64,000 nucleotides of DNA. Source: Azolla caroliniana (lineage: Eukaryota; Plantae; Polypodiophyta). Position 1 is the stretch's first letter. Every line of letters begins with the position of its first letter. The notes beneath the pieces are model-generated. The model ran no database searches. It was not told the origin of the DNA and worked only from the letters and a program-made list of their open reading frames with translations. The position numbers and the translations under genes were made by a program. The stretch spans positions 1,302,001 through 1,366,000 of the forward strand of contig JBHGNT010000017.1 in assembly GCA_043228905.1 (NCBI GenBank). Direction: 5' to 3'. Shown here piece after piece: positions 13,172 to 26,578 of the stretch.

Positions 13172-15809
13172 TAACATTGACAAAGACGCTCAAGAGATCA
13201 TCATAATAGCCAATGCAATAATGGAGACACCATCCCAATAGACACAACATGAGAGAAGGATTATAACCCATGGATAAAGAGGACAGCCCTTTCTCGTGCC
13301 ATCACAAAAGCTCAAGGATTTCTTAAAAAGTCGACCATTGTAATAGGGGTCAGATTAAAAAGAAAGTTTCGTCGTGTACCCCTAGTATTTTTCTAATTGC
13401 CCACATACTTAGGCAAAATTTTGATTTCTTATCTTTGGTTAGAAAAGCTTATTGACGCCTAGATTAGTAATTACTCTCTCAAACTCTTTCACTAGTAGGT
13501 TGCAATTTTAGACAATTGATTTATGGTGCTTTACATCTAATCACTGCTTAATAATTAAGTTTAGCATATAATTTTCTCTAGAAAACCAAAATTAGAGCAC
13601 TTTGTATGAACTCTAATTATTCCTTGACATAGAAAATACATGCTATTACCAACAAAGAAGATTAAGCTAAAATCAGACATCGTGTGGCAATTCCAAACCA
13701 AAGTTCTAACCACATACCAATAGCAACTAATTTGGAAGAATGATATGAAGGTGACATAGATAGAGGGATATTATACTTCACCAAAGTAAGGCAACAAAAC
13801 TTTATTAAATACTTGGGGTGCAATGCATAATAAGGCATCTATGCTCATCACTCCATCTATCACAATCAAGATCATTAAAAAACACACATGTCATATTAAT
13901 GCATTAAGTAAATAGGATAATGTGCTTGATATATACATCTTCTTTTCACAAAAAAATTTATGAGAAGAAACACAACTGGATTTTTCGGAAAGGTCAACCT
14001 ATCAAACCAAACTTCGGCTATTGTTATTTTTGGACATGTCCCATGTTCAACACTAGTAGTAATTTTGAGGAGCTCAACATATCCAACCAACCTTGAGTGA
14101 TTGTAATTTTTTGAAGTATCTCATGTACATCGTTGAGGTACAACATTCTCAATTTGGCAAAAAAGAGTTTGCAACATATGTCAAACAAATATAGCTATAT
14201 CCATCAACATTATCTTTCCTCAAAGTTGTTTGCATTCATGCAAGAACAAGAACCTTCAAAAAACACAACGTCTAGAATGTACACGCCCATTATTATTCAT
14301 CATAGAATTATTAAACAAAAAACACACTCACATTAACGATTTCTCTCATAATTATAATCATATGTAGCATAGATATGTTGCAATGTATTCAATTTGCAGT
14401 AAATAAGTTAGTATCCTAATGCTCTCTACTACGGGAAGTACTTTTAAACTTTCACTAAGAGTCGCCCATAATTGATTTTACACACACCGACATTTGTAAC
14501 CTTAGTTCACTCATCATCATCTTGTTACTACGTGCTTTAATTCATGAACCTCATCAACGCTAATTGCATGAACATTGTTCATTATTGATGATTTCCTTGA
14601 CATAAATAGTTCCTCGCCGAATGACGCAGATTGCGAAGAGGAAGCAGATTCAGAATTCACGAATCAAATGATCTATTAAATAGTAGAGTTTTATTGTGTA
14701 ACCAATCATTCAAGCATCATCTTCGAACCATCAAGGAAATTTGTGAACCAAGCCAATTCCAAATACTTCATTGCACCTACTTACGTATACAATCTCAATT
14801 ATCTCGAATCGATGCACCTCCAAGGAGTTTTTCATATTGCTTTTGCCTCAAAGAACTATTTAACAGCAAACCGTATCACATTGATGTCAAATTCATTTCT
14901 TGGATTGTGTGCAAATCTCCTTGTGACTATGCGTACCCCATTTCCAAGAATTTCCCCCTCGTGCAAATCACTTACATTCTCAAAGTCTTTTGGTATTGGA
15001 TTCCGGTTGATTGACAGGTGTGGATATATTTATTTATATGCAGTCGGTCGATCCTATTTAAAAACAGAGCATCAAAATAATACAAAAATTCTTTATTATC
15101 TCTTTCTCTATAGCCTCTTCTAACTATCACTAAATTATTGCAACATAGGTAGCTTATTGAGCATTTCTAAATTTAACTAAAAAAAAAGTTAGAATTTACA
15201 ATTACACAGGAAATAAACAAACTAACAATTGAAGTGAGTGCATGTATCCATATTAATTACTTGGCATATGAGTCATACCAATTTAACCTATTATTTTATT
15301 ATGAACAATCAACTGGGAATTCAAGCAGCATTAACTAACAGTAAATAGTCATTTGATTAAGCTAAGTAATAAACATCCCAAAAGAATTGATAGAATATTG
15401 CGTCAAAACAGAATGAATTAAAAACGATAATTCAACAAGAGTTTGGCAAACGCTAGAAAGACCAATGTGAGATATAACACTGTCTTATGCATCTGAGACC
15501 CCTAGTACGAGTGCCAAACCACTAACATATCAACAAAAATATTCAGGGAAATGCAATGCAAGTCAATCCATTTCTGAACACTAGTGTAGATTAGAAGAAA
15601 TGTTTATTAGAATCTTGTTTTCAATGTAAATATATTGATCTAGGGTTTTAATTGACCTATAGTTAATCATACGTAAAAAAATGACTCATTTTTCATACAA
15701 ATGCATCCCAATGTCACCTGAATTTTTACAATAAAAGCAAAGATATTTGGTTAACCAACCCTTTTTATTTCATGTTAGCCAACCATTTCCTGTGCAATAT
15801 ATTTGGAGT

Positions 15810-18800
15810 TCAGTAATCTGTGATCTTCCGTTGTCTTTTGTGGTCTATACCGACACTTGTAGTTCTACTCTTCTTGCTTTTGCTTGAGCTTGGAAGAAGG
15901 TTCATTTCCACTGTCTCTTCAATATAATCCTCAGAACACCTTATTTCACCCTGAGTAGTTGCTCCCTTGTTCATTGCATATGCAGCCCCCATCATCTCTC
16001 GGCATTTTTTGTGAGCAACATTATGATCAACAACTGCAGATATATCCAGATTAAAACACAAAAGTTAAAATGAACCATATCCATAGGAATTTGAATCAAG
16101 CCGGCAGATGTCATTATAACATCTAGAGAACGACTGCTTTCAATATACTATCATGACACCACCTGCAAGAGAAAATGGCATTGGCATACCAGGTTTAGGA
16201 TAATTCTTCCCAATTATGCAACCAGCTTTCCTTTGAACCTCTATTGGTGCAGTCCATGGCTCATATATGTATTGCTTGGGCATGTCTGAAAAAGGATCAG
16301 ATGCATAAGCTTCCTGAAACTTCTGAACTTGGGCATCATTTGAAGGTGTCACTCTAGGAATCTTAATTTTACCTTTTAAAACTGGAAGAAAGTGTCGTAT
16401 ATATTTCCCTTCAGGATCATATTTCTTACCGAATGTAATAGGTGAATATATCCGATGATACTGCACATTCCAGTACATATTAATCAGAGGCAAAAACAAG
16501 ATCTGTACAAAAAGAAAATCCACACATAGTACAAATTAAATATTTTGCTAGCAATTCATTCCAATATACCTAGTCAAATATGATATGCAAATGCTTAATG
16601 CTGTAATCTTACGTAATGGCATCATAAAGATCTTCATCCTTTTTGAGCTTTAGGAAGGCAGGGTTGCAAGCACATTAATGGATCCATAGATAGACAAAAC
16701 ATGAACTTAATTTCTAATGGATTCATAGATTGCCAAATAGCAAATTATTACACTTAATTGATGTTCTCATATATGCTCCCATCATTTGAATCTATAGTTT
16801 CAATTATATATTCATGATCTAACCTCATCAAATTTCTCAAGCCTAAATGAACTAGTTCAATGGTATAGTGGTCAAGCCTAATTCTTCAAAAAAAATCTAA
16901 ATCAATGGTATAGTTCAGTGAAACCATAAGGTTCTGGATTCAAATCTCATGGATTGGTTCTTGATATTGCATTTATACATGTTTTGACAATGAGATTAAG
17001 CCTACTCGAATGTTTCTCATAAAAATACGCATTATTTCTTTAAGCATTAACAAGAGAAGAAAAACAAACCTCATTAAAGCAAGATTGAGAAAATGTGAAA
17101 GCAATTAGTGATTGTTCTGTGAATATAATAGCTGATATTTGTATAAATGAAGTTGCTCAAACTTATCTTCCATATTTTACACACACCTGATGGAAAAAGG
17201 CTGACGCTGAAAGCCACATCCAGTTTCCATTATTGATAGACCAATCTGCATCTATAAGCAACCTATCAAAAACATCGCGTCCTTTCTCCCAGTGGATAAA
17301 CTGAGTGACCATTCAATAATCTAGGTTAAACTATAAAAAGGCAAAAAACATCAAACACATTCCTAACTTGTTGGATATATCTCTGAATATCCCTATGTAG
17401 ACATGATGCACTCTTGTATATTTTCAAAACATCAGGGTATTCTGGTAATATTCAGAAAGTTAGTGATACTTTGGTGTTTTTCCATGACTAATGTATGCAA
17501 GGTTCCTCACTTGTGAAAAAATGTGTTGAGCAGGAGAGACATGTTCACAAAGTCACAATTCAACAATCCAAGGTTATAATCTGTTGGCTATATTCTAGAA
17601 TACCCCTATCTATGTCTTTCAAAAATTACCAGACTAGACAGGTATTCTGGTTTCTAGAAAGCTTGGCAAATTTCAAAAAGGAAAGAGTAGTATTTTGGTT
17701 TCAGGTCCATTACAAATATATGTAAACAAGGAGAAATTGCCAGAACACCCTGTATATTCATCGGGATATTCAGGTTATTTTCAAAAACATTAGGCTATTC
17801 TGGTAATTATCAGACAAGTTGAGGATATTGTTGGCAGTTTTCAATACTAAAATTTGTGCAATTAGGGAGGGCAGAGAGTAATTCTTGCTTACCAAATCCC
17901 CTCGAGTGAGGAAGCATGCTACAGAATGGCGTGCAAGATGATGCATCCAACCCCATTTTCTTAGCTGCCAAACAATATGACAGCTTCCAAAAACTTATGA
18001 ATATAATGTGAATTTTTACTGAACAAAGTTAACTGATGATGATCTAACCTGTATCATGGCCGCATCAATCCATGGATAGCCTGTTTTACCATCCCGCCAT
18101 GCAGCAATGAGAGAATCATCATCTTTCCATGGTATCTACAGTTTGGGCAATTATTAATTGATAAAAACCAACACAAGTTTGAACCTTTCAAGGGTTTTAG
18201 AATTTGTCCTACCTTCTTGCAAATAGGGTTTCCAACCATACGGTCAAAGTTGACTGTGCCAAACGCAGCAGTATAAAAAAATTCCCGCCACAGTAACTGA
18301 ATTATAAAAATCAAAATATGTCAATGGTATTTAATTTCCAAAGCTTATGCGTTCATAGCAAAATACTGGAATGTATGCAATTATATGAATTGCAGACCTG
18401 ACCCTCCAGTGAGACAGGAGGCTTGGAATGAGATTTTACTTCTGAATACACATCTTTTAAACGTGCAAAGAAGAGTCGAGATGACAAACAACCAAACTGC
18501 ACAACTAATCAAAGCAGCTATGAATGAGGTACTTTACACAACTGAAGATTGCATATATCTGAAGGAATCTCTATATATTTGCATGCACAATAAAGCATTA
18601 TACTTATAAATGAGTTCTTTACACCTGAACATTGCATGTATGAATGAATCTTTCAATATTTGGATGCAATCTAATCAGAGCGTTTATGAACAAGTTTTTT
18701 ACAACTCAATATTGCATATACAGTCGAATATATCTATTGAAGAGACTATATACCTTCAGATAGGGTGATAGGACTGTTGTTGCTGGCTTGATGAATGCAG

Positions 18801-21800
18801 TTGGATCACCCTTTGGTTTCTCAAACTCTGCTACCCATTTCTGGATTTAGACAGTATGCCAATGTCTTTCTATCATCCAAGAAACAGATACAAAAACTCT
18901 TTTTTATATATATAAAACACCTTACTTTATCATTCAAGGAAGCATCTAAACGCTTCAGGGCCTCCCTTTCTCCTCCCAGGAAAGGACTCCAATCTTCCTG
19001 TATAGAGTCATAAAATAGAAACTATAACAAGTGCTTCCAAGGGACCCTATATATAGTTCATACATATTCAAGTGTTATATGGTTATACCTGATCTAGATC
19101 AGTGTAACCAAGATCTAGGAGGGAGGGAAGAGAGATAATCTTAGCTCCGTTAAAAAAATTGGCTGTTGGAATCTGAGACGGTCCATCCTCGACTGGTTTT
19201 GGGGCATCTTCGATTATTTTGCAGAAAGACTGATATGTCAATGGTGGAGCACCACCATTCTGAAACAGAACCAGAATTCATTTACACAAAAAATAGTTTC
19301 CTCTCATCATTAAACAGAATCAAGAGAGAAACAATGTTTATCCATTTTCTAATCACAAGTAGGACGTTTACTCAAGTAAAGAGAAATACTTCAAAAAGTG
19401 AGTAAGTATCATTACAGATTGAATTTCAAGTCAAAAAGTGATAGTTGTCACTTGAGACATTTAATATTGCTAGATAACTAGTTTCATGTCCCACGCAAGA
19501 TCCACAACTTGAACATAAACCATGACATAAAGCATACACAAAAAAAGGCTGACATAGCACGCATGTCCCAGCCATAGAGCCAATGCAGGATATTCCCCTA
19601 GCCTCCATACCACCAAACCACATCCCACGGATGCGAGAGCATCAGAGCCTAGACCTAGAATCCAATAGTTCTGATCGCTCGATGAACAGCATGAGGTCAA
19701 GGGTTTTATTATGGGGTTTCCTTGCCACCCTAAGAGTTTGTTCACATGCTGCTACTGCAAAACTGGATGTCTAGTGACTTAGTAAGTACAATGACTCTCC
19801 TTTTAAGAGGGAGAAGTATGTGAAACTGTTTGCCGGTGAGCAATTGATAAGACAGTGATATGTGGGTGGATCTCTGTATGTTCGGTCACAAAAAGCTAAC
19901 ATAATAACCACAAGTGAATGACATCACATCAAGAAGTATCTTAAATGTTGGGAGAATTTTGAATTTCTAGTAAATAGTTATCATTGGTTTCTTGTAAATT
20001 CAGACGAAGAGAACTACAGCAATTTGAGTCACAAAATTAATCAGGATAAATGCCTCCTTCTAAACATCATCTTGCAAAACCAAAAAATGTTGTGACAATC
20101 TAATTTAGCAAAAATGTCAATTGATTGTTCTGGTGGGCACATGATGACATCAGCCCTAATTTTGAAGTCTGGTCAATTGTACATCAAAATGCAAATGTAT
20201 AGAATCATGCATCCCAACTGTTTATGGATAATTATCTCCTGCTATTTAATGTGGGGAACTCACCCCCTACAACACATTTCTCCAAGAGACATGTCACTAC
20301 TCAGTCAACATTGATCAATTCTGGTAGGAACTCTATAATGTCTAGAGTTCTCATAAACAGTATACCTGCACAGCTTTGTGAAGATAATTACTGATTTTCC
20401 CGTCCGTTAACTCTACTAACAAGAGAGTAGACTTTCATGTTGGATGTAGGAAATGTTAGGTTATAGATATTTTTCCGAGTTGTCTTTGCAATAATGTTTG
20501 AGGCAAAACAGCAACAATTACAACCGCACAGAATTTACATATTCCTTCTTCTATTCACAATGGGAGGGGAGTACCTTTCTTATGATTTGTTCAGGATTGA
20601 AGATTGTGTGGCTGATTGGACAGAAAACTTCAACCCCCAATGCTGTCGCAGCTTCCTGTACTGCCAGAGACAGACAATGATTCTTTCTCTCTCCATATAT
20701 ATGGCTGTAAAGAAATGTAAAGAACCAAGAGAAGAACGAAAGAAATGTAAAGAAATTTTGTACTTTGATGTTTGTATCCCTCATTTGTGCATATGGCTCT
20801 GTGTCGAACTCAAAGCAAAGTCTGTTAATGTTCCACTGAAGGGTAATGATTCAGAACAGATGGTTTGGTAAGAAAACTCGTAAAAAAGGAACAAAAAGTG
20901 TTCAAAAGAGAAGAAAGAAAGGCCTTCGGCAGAAAATTAAGAAGAAAAACAACATGATGATGACATTCAAAAGAGAAGGAAAAAAAACACTTTTAAGTAA
21001 GAAACTTGGGAGAAAAACAAAACGATGACAAGACTCAAAACAGAAAGCAATGGTCTTTTAAGTAGAAAGAAAACTCAGGAGAAAAATAAAACCATCACAA
21101 GGACAAGAAGAGGAAGAGGAGGAAGGAAGGAAGGAAAAGAAGATAATTATTATCAGATTTTAAGAAGAAAACACGGGATACAACCGAATCCAAAACAAAT
21201 AACAATGGTGCCTTTGAGCAGAAAACTAGAGAAAAGAAACAAAAAGAGAACAGGATTGGAAAGAAAGGGAAAAGTGGCAGTTTCTAAAAAGAAATTTCGG
21301 GAGAAAAACAAAGAGGAAGACAACCTCAGCAGGAATGGGGTGCTTTTAAGCAGGTAAAACAACGGGGTAATACGGTTCAAAAGAAGAAAAAAAACAAAGA
21401 GAAAATGTCTTTTAAAATAAAGAAAACGGCAAGATTGAAGAGTATAAAGCAGAAAATTCAGGAGAAATTCAAATCGGTGAGATTTGAAAGACAAAAAGAT
21501 AAGTGGTAGCTGCATAAAATAACCATGGGGAGCTTAATTAAGATAATCACATAAGGAATCGAAATGATCAGAGATCGCATCATAATATCAATCATAGAAT
21601 GCACAATCATCATCATGGAAAGTGGTAAAGCAGACGGGAAACATAGTTTAATGATTGTAGAATCCAAATAGCAAATGGGAAAGAATAATATAATTCTAAG
21701 AAGGATCAGAAATCAAAGTTCCGATAACATTGGAGAAAAACTGAAAGTCAGAGAAATATCAGATCGCAATGGAAAAACGAAAACTCAGACACAGAGAGCA

Positions 21801-22251
21801 TAGCGATGGAAAAATGGAACACTCAGAAACAGAGGCTCAAATAGCAATGGTAAAACGGAAACTCAGAGAAAGGCCATGAGAATAACTAAAAATCAGAGAA
21901 ATCAGTTAAGGACAGGATGGAGAAAACAAAAACCTTTTTTAACAGGTCAGGGATGACAGAGGTAGGATCTCCTTCAAGGAGCAAGAGGCGAGATCCTCTC
22001 ATCCTCAGGCTTGCGTCGAGATCAGTCAAGCTCTGAAGGAGGAAACGTATTCTGTTGATGCCAACGCGAGAAGAACCAGGCGATGGAGAAGAAGGGTCAG
22101 GGGCAAGGAACCATGGGTCCAGGACGAAGACAGGGTAGACGAGACTCGCGCCATCGCAGGATCGAAGGAGGGAAGGGTTGTCGTGAAGACGCAAACCTTT
22201 ACGAAACCACAGCAAAGAATTGATCTCTGCCATAGCCACCGCCATCGCCAT
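15810..22251 (-). CDS. UVR3: (6-4) DNA photolyase, 14 exons: 22251-21934, 20835-20764, 20655-20575, 19259-19089, 18997-18926, 18840-18754, 18496-18398, 18296-18213, 18135-18049, 17964-17893, 17300-17187, 16460-16373, 16285-16190, 16033-15810
   Basis: [77 protein letters not shown] (His motif of 6-4 photolyases), [11 protein letters not shown] and [15 protein letters not shown]. All junctions are GT-AG and in phase. Confidence 0.95.
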
Positions 22252-22410
22252 CGCCACCGCTCCTCTGCTTCTCTCTGCGTCTGGGCCTTGGCCATGGGTT
22301 TTGTCTTATTTCCATCGTATGCCCCTGGGTTTCTGCTATTTCGCGAAATGCCCCTGCATAATTCTTTTCACATACTAATTCAAATCTAACAGATCTGCCT
22401 TCATCAATGG

Positions 22411-22491
22411 GTGGACGTGCCGGAGTGGTTATCGGGCATGACTAGAAATCATGTGGGTTCGCCCGCGCAGGTTCGAATCCTGCCGTCCACG
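22411..22491 (+). tRNA. tRNA-Ser(AGA)
   Basis: Acceptor stem GTGGACG/CGTCCAC, anticodon arm CATGA-CTAGAAA-TCATG, long variable arm, T-loop GGTTCGAATCC, short T run downstream. Divergent from UVR3. Confidence 0.95.
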
Positions 22492-22959
22492 AAATTTTAA
22501 ACTTTTGGCATGCCATCATTCATCATTCATTATATGCTTCCTTTTTTGAGAGACTTCCACACGATTGTTTCATAAACTGTGGTTGTTAAATCGCACGATG
22601 AGAGAGAGGGTCATCAAAATCAACATAACTATTAACAGAGGCTGATCTCTCCAAATTCTTGCTCTCAGTCAATGTGCTTGTTTTGTTACTATACAGTAAC
22701 AATACAATAAATATCACATCCATTTTGGATGCTCAGAATGTTAATAGCTGTTATTGTGTGTGCCAGTTTGCCAGGATTTAGTTACATGATGTATTTCTCT
22801 TGGAGAATGGAAATTTTCTTGATTGGCCTACCTGCTGAATCAATGCAAACCTTATTCCCTAAAAAGTGGTGGGTACCAAAAAAAACCCAACAAACTGCAA
22901 AATATTTCCTCAATTTTACACACATAAATTGTTGGTGTGCAAGGTTCCGGTAAAAAATT

Positions 22960-23236
22960 TCAGCTTCTGATTATATTGAAATGAGAAGTCATGTATTTCA
23001 TCTAATTAACTGTGTCTGAATAATCTTTTAAGGTAGCATAATTTGAAAGTGCAATTTTTCATGTATAATTGTTCAATCTTCAGCATATGTTTTCAAAATG
23101 TCAGCTTTAGATTCGATTGAAACAAGAAGTCATGCATTTCCTCTAATTAACTGTGTCTGAATCTTGTTTAAGGTAGCATCATTTGAAAGTGCAATTTTTC
23201 ATGTATAATTGTTCAATCTTCAGCATATGTTTTCAG
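22960..23236. repeat. Local tandem duplication, about 2 x 140 bp
   Basis: tctaattaactgtgtctgaat...aaggtagcat..tttgaaagtgcaatttttcatgtataattgttcaatcttcagcatatgttttca occurs twice. Confidence 0.85.
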
Positions 23237-23994
23237 CATTAAGAAGCACATGATAAAGATATAGTATGCCACATATATGAACCTACTACATGCATGCATG
23301 CGATTGCCCCTCAATTTGCAATAGGAAACTATACACAAAATAACTGAGGCTGGTATTCATGTCAGTCTGGCCTTTGAAAGACGTTAACTTAACACTTCAT
23401 TTCTTCTCTTTTGCACAGCAACATATGAAGCTTATGTACCAATGTGAGAGAAACAGAGAGTTATCAATCACTAAAGTTGTAGCAAATTCCTTTTCAATGT
23501 CTATATTATTTTGGTAAAGTAATTCCAGAGTTGCACTCTCACACTTTTGTAGCACTTGTGTGCCCTCTCTATCAATAGCTAATAGTAACTAACTACATGC
23601 TTGTAGACAGCACCAGAATGTGGTATGAAAATGTACAAGAGACGAGTTTGTAAACAGTTGAGATAAAGATTTGGTTCACTGAATGTGGGGCATGAATCAT
23701 GAGAGGGTAGAACACTGACAAGGGACGAGGTTGTACAATCTTGAAATAAAGATCTGGCTTACCAGAACGTGAGGAACAAATCTCAGGCAGGAAAGGGACG
23801 AGTTATTTGAACTTACATATGTCTTTCCACCTGATAAACTATTTTTTTCTTTTTACAGTAAAATTCTATACACATGTGTCCCAAGGGGACTCAAATTCAT
23901 TCATACACGCACACAATAAAGTTAAGGATCCTTTTCTAGGTCCATTGAGGAATCTCTCGATTTTAACCAAAGACATGAACCAGTAGAATCAACG

Positions 23995-24375
23995 TATGCT
24001 TTTTCTGAGATCCATCAGTGGAATATCTTTCAATTCTCGACCCATCCATGGACTCTCTTGCTTCAAGTTCCAGAGAAATCTCTCATGAGTCTAGATGCAT
24101 TGGTGGACATGGGCCAGGTATGCTTTTTCCAAGATTCATCAGTGGAATATCTTTCAATTCTCGACCCACCTATGGAATTTCCTACTTCAAGTCCCAGAGA
24201 AATCTCTGGGACTTGAAGCACCTATGCAATTACCAAGAAACCTCTGGACATGGGCCAGGTATGCTTTTTCCGAGATTCATCAGTGGAATATCTTTTGATT
24301 CTCGACCCACCTATGGAAATTCCTGCTTCAAGTCACAGAGAAATCTCTCTTGAGTCTAGATGCATTGATGGACAT
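23995..24375. repeat. Three tandem units of about 125-140 bp; the last overlaps the PPR stop codon
   Basis: tatgcttttt...catcagtggaatatcttt..ttctcgaccca...cttcaagt..cagagaaatctct starts at about 23996, 24119 and 24260. Confidence 0.9.
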
Positions 24376-26578
24376 CTCTTTCCACAAATTGATCAAAGCA
24401 TTGTTCACTTATTGAAGAGTTACCATATGCCCTACAACTGCTAAGTAGAGTCGTGCACACAATGGCATTAGGGGAAACTGGCATAGTTTCGAGCAAGTCC
24501 TCAGCTTCAAGTAAGCAGCCAGTATGGCCAAGAAGATCAACCATGCAGCTATAATGTTCCACACTTGGTGAGACATTATATTCATTCCTCATCAATGTGA
24601 AGTAGTAACACCCTGCTTTTAGCACCCTATTATGGCTACACGCACTGAGAAGAGAGCTAAATATAGTCTCGTTAGGTTCTAAACCCAAAGCTCGCATTGT
24701 CCTCAAGCAATGCTCAACTAAACTGCAATTATCAGATGATTGAACATACCCTGAAATGATTGAGCCCCATGACACTATATCTCGGTCAGGCATCGTTTCA
24801 AATACCATGTGAGCCTCTTCGAGGCTCCAACAATTTACATACATTTCAATAAGACCATTTCCAAGGACCACATCTAAATGGAAATCACTTTCAACAACTC
24901 TATGATGCACACATCGAGCATAGTCTAAAGAACCCATGCTATCACATGCTTTTAGCACATAAAGCAACACAATGTGGTCTACTATGACTCCATCTATATC
25001 CATCTCTCTTAAAAGGGAAAGCACAAAGTCACCTCGCCCATTCTCGGCATAGCCAGCCATCATTGCACCACAAGAGACCCTATTCCTACGTAGCATTTTA
25101 CCAAACACTTTTTGGCTTTCCAAGAGGCAACCGAATTTTGAATACATATCAATAAGACAACTTCCTACAGCCTCATCCGACTCATATGCACTTCTTATGA
25201 GCTTATCATGTAGAATCATTGCCTTATCAAAATGACCCATGCTACTACAAGCCTTTAAGGCACTTAAATATGCAGTGATGCTAATCAAGATGCCTTCCTC
25301 ACACATTCTTTCATAAAGTTGAAGGGTGTTTGCATGCCTTCCATTATGTGTATACCCGGACATCATTGTGCCCCACACTACCGAATCTCCATTCATTAAT
25401 CTATCGAACACGCCCTGAGCATCCTCTATATACGCACACTTTGCATATGTATCAATAATTGCACTTCCAACCATGATATCCAGGTCGAACTCAGTTTCTT
25501 GGATCTCTACATGTATCAATCTAGCAATGGCAGCCTCCCTTATACAAGAGCATGCCTTCAAAATGCTCAAAAATATAACTTTATCTGGTCGAATTCCTTC
25601 CTCTTGCATTCGAAGATAGAGCTTGAAGGCTGAGTTCCCATCCCCATGCTGTGCAAAGCATGATATCATTGTATTCCAACAAACCACATTAGGATATGAC
25701 AACTTTCCAAACACTTTGGAAGCCTCTTTGACCTGACCACATTTAGAATACATATCCAAAAGGCTGCTTCCCACGTATGTGTCTGATTCGAGACCATTTT
25801 GGATTACTTCATCATGCAAAATAAACCCATTGCTTATTGATAAGATGGCATTGCCTTCGTCATCACTGATAGGTGCTTTCAATACAGCTAGAAAGACGAC
25901 TTTATCTGGCCTGATACCATCATGTTTCATCTTCTCATAAAGCTCTAAGGCGTGGAATCCATGGCCATAGTTAACATAACCCATGAAAACAATACTCCAT
26001 GCGACCAAATCTTGGACCCTCAATGCACAAAACACATCCCACATATCACACAACTCTCCACATTTTGCATATGCATAGAGAAGGCTGTTTCCAAGCACAA
26101 CGTCTGAGGAAAGGCCAGTATATGCCATGTGATGATGCATTAATCTAGCCTTATATAAGACATCTAGGTCACCACATATCTTTAGAAGGCAAGAAATAAC
26201 AAATTTGTCTGGCTCTACACCATCTTTCAACATATGGTTGAAATGCTCAAGTGCTTTGTTTCTCTGCCCAAGCTTAGCATGAGCAGAGATGAGGGCATTC
26301 CATGTATAAACAGACTTATCTGCGACCTTGTAGAAAGCTTGTTTTGCTTCTTCTAAGCTCCCACAAGATGCAAACATTCTGATTGCATGGTCTCCAAGAA
26401 AAGCATTCGAATCAAGACCACTGGTAACTAGCAAAGAGAAGGCCCACCTACATGTTGATATGTTTGTGTTCTTCTTGCTGCATTCCTGAAGGAGTGAGAA
26501 CAGAGTATAAATTGGCAATGGAAGGCTTTTCCAATCCAACGCAGAGGAAACCACATTTTTAAGAGACTCAGAAAGCAT
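24356..26578 (-). CDS. PLS-class pentatricopeptide repeat protein (about 740 aa), single exon, ends within the E region, no DYW domain
   Basis: Repeated PPR motifs (VYTWNALISAHAKLG, SLLDMYSKCG, VVCWNTMIS, HYSCMVDLLG). First in-frame ATG is at 26578. Confidence 0.92.
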   Translation of the reverse strand: MLSESLKNVVSSALDWKSLPLPIYTLFSLLQECSKKNTNISTCRWAFSLLVTSGLDSNAFLGDHAIRMFASCGSLEEAKQAFYKVADKSVYTWNALISAHAKLGQRNKALEHFNHMLKDGVEPDKFVISCLLKICGDLDVLYKARLMHHHMAYTGLSSDVVLGNSLLYAYAKCGELCDMWDVFCALRVQDLVAWSIVFMGYVNYGHGFHALELYEKMKHDGIRPDKVVFLAVLKAPISDDEGNAILSISNGFILHDEVIQNGLESDTYVGSSLLDMYSKCGQVKEASKVFGKLSYPNVVCWNTMISCFAQHGDGNSAFKLYLRMQEEGIRPDKVIFLSILKACSCIREAAIARLIHVEIQETEFDLDIMVGSAIIDTYAKCAYIEDAQGVFDRLMNGDSVVWGTMMSGYTHNGRHANTLQLYERMCEEGILISITAYLSALKACSSMGHFDKAMILHDKLIRSAYESDEAVGSCLIDMYSKFGCLLESQKVFGKMLRRNRVSCGAMMAGYAENGRGDFVLSLLREMDIDGVIVDHIVLLYVLKACDSMGSLDYARCVHHRVVESDFHLDVVLGNGLIEMYVNCWSLEEAHMVFETMPDRDIVSWGSIISGYVQSSDNCSLVEHCLRTMRALGLEPNETIFSSLLSACSHNRVLKAGCYYFTLMRNEYNVSPSVEHYSCMVDLLGHTGCLLEAEDLLETMPVSPNAIVCTTLLSSCRAYGNSSISEQCFDQFVERDVHQCI

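Noticed and set aside
20846-21667. Lys/Arg-rich and Phe/Leu-rich ORFs
   Set aside because: They arise from purine-skewed low-complexity sequence in UVR3 intron 1.
24018-24353. 111-aa ORF with an internal repeat
   Set aside because: Translation of the tandem repeat, antisense to the PPR 3' region, with a GTG start.
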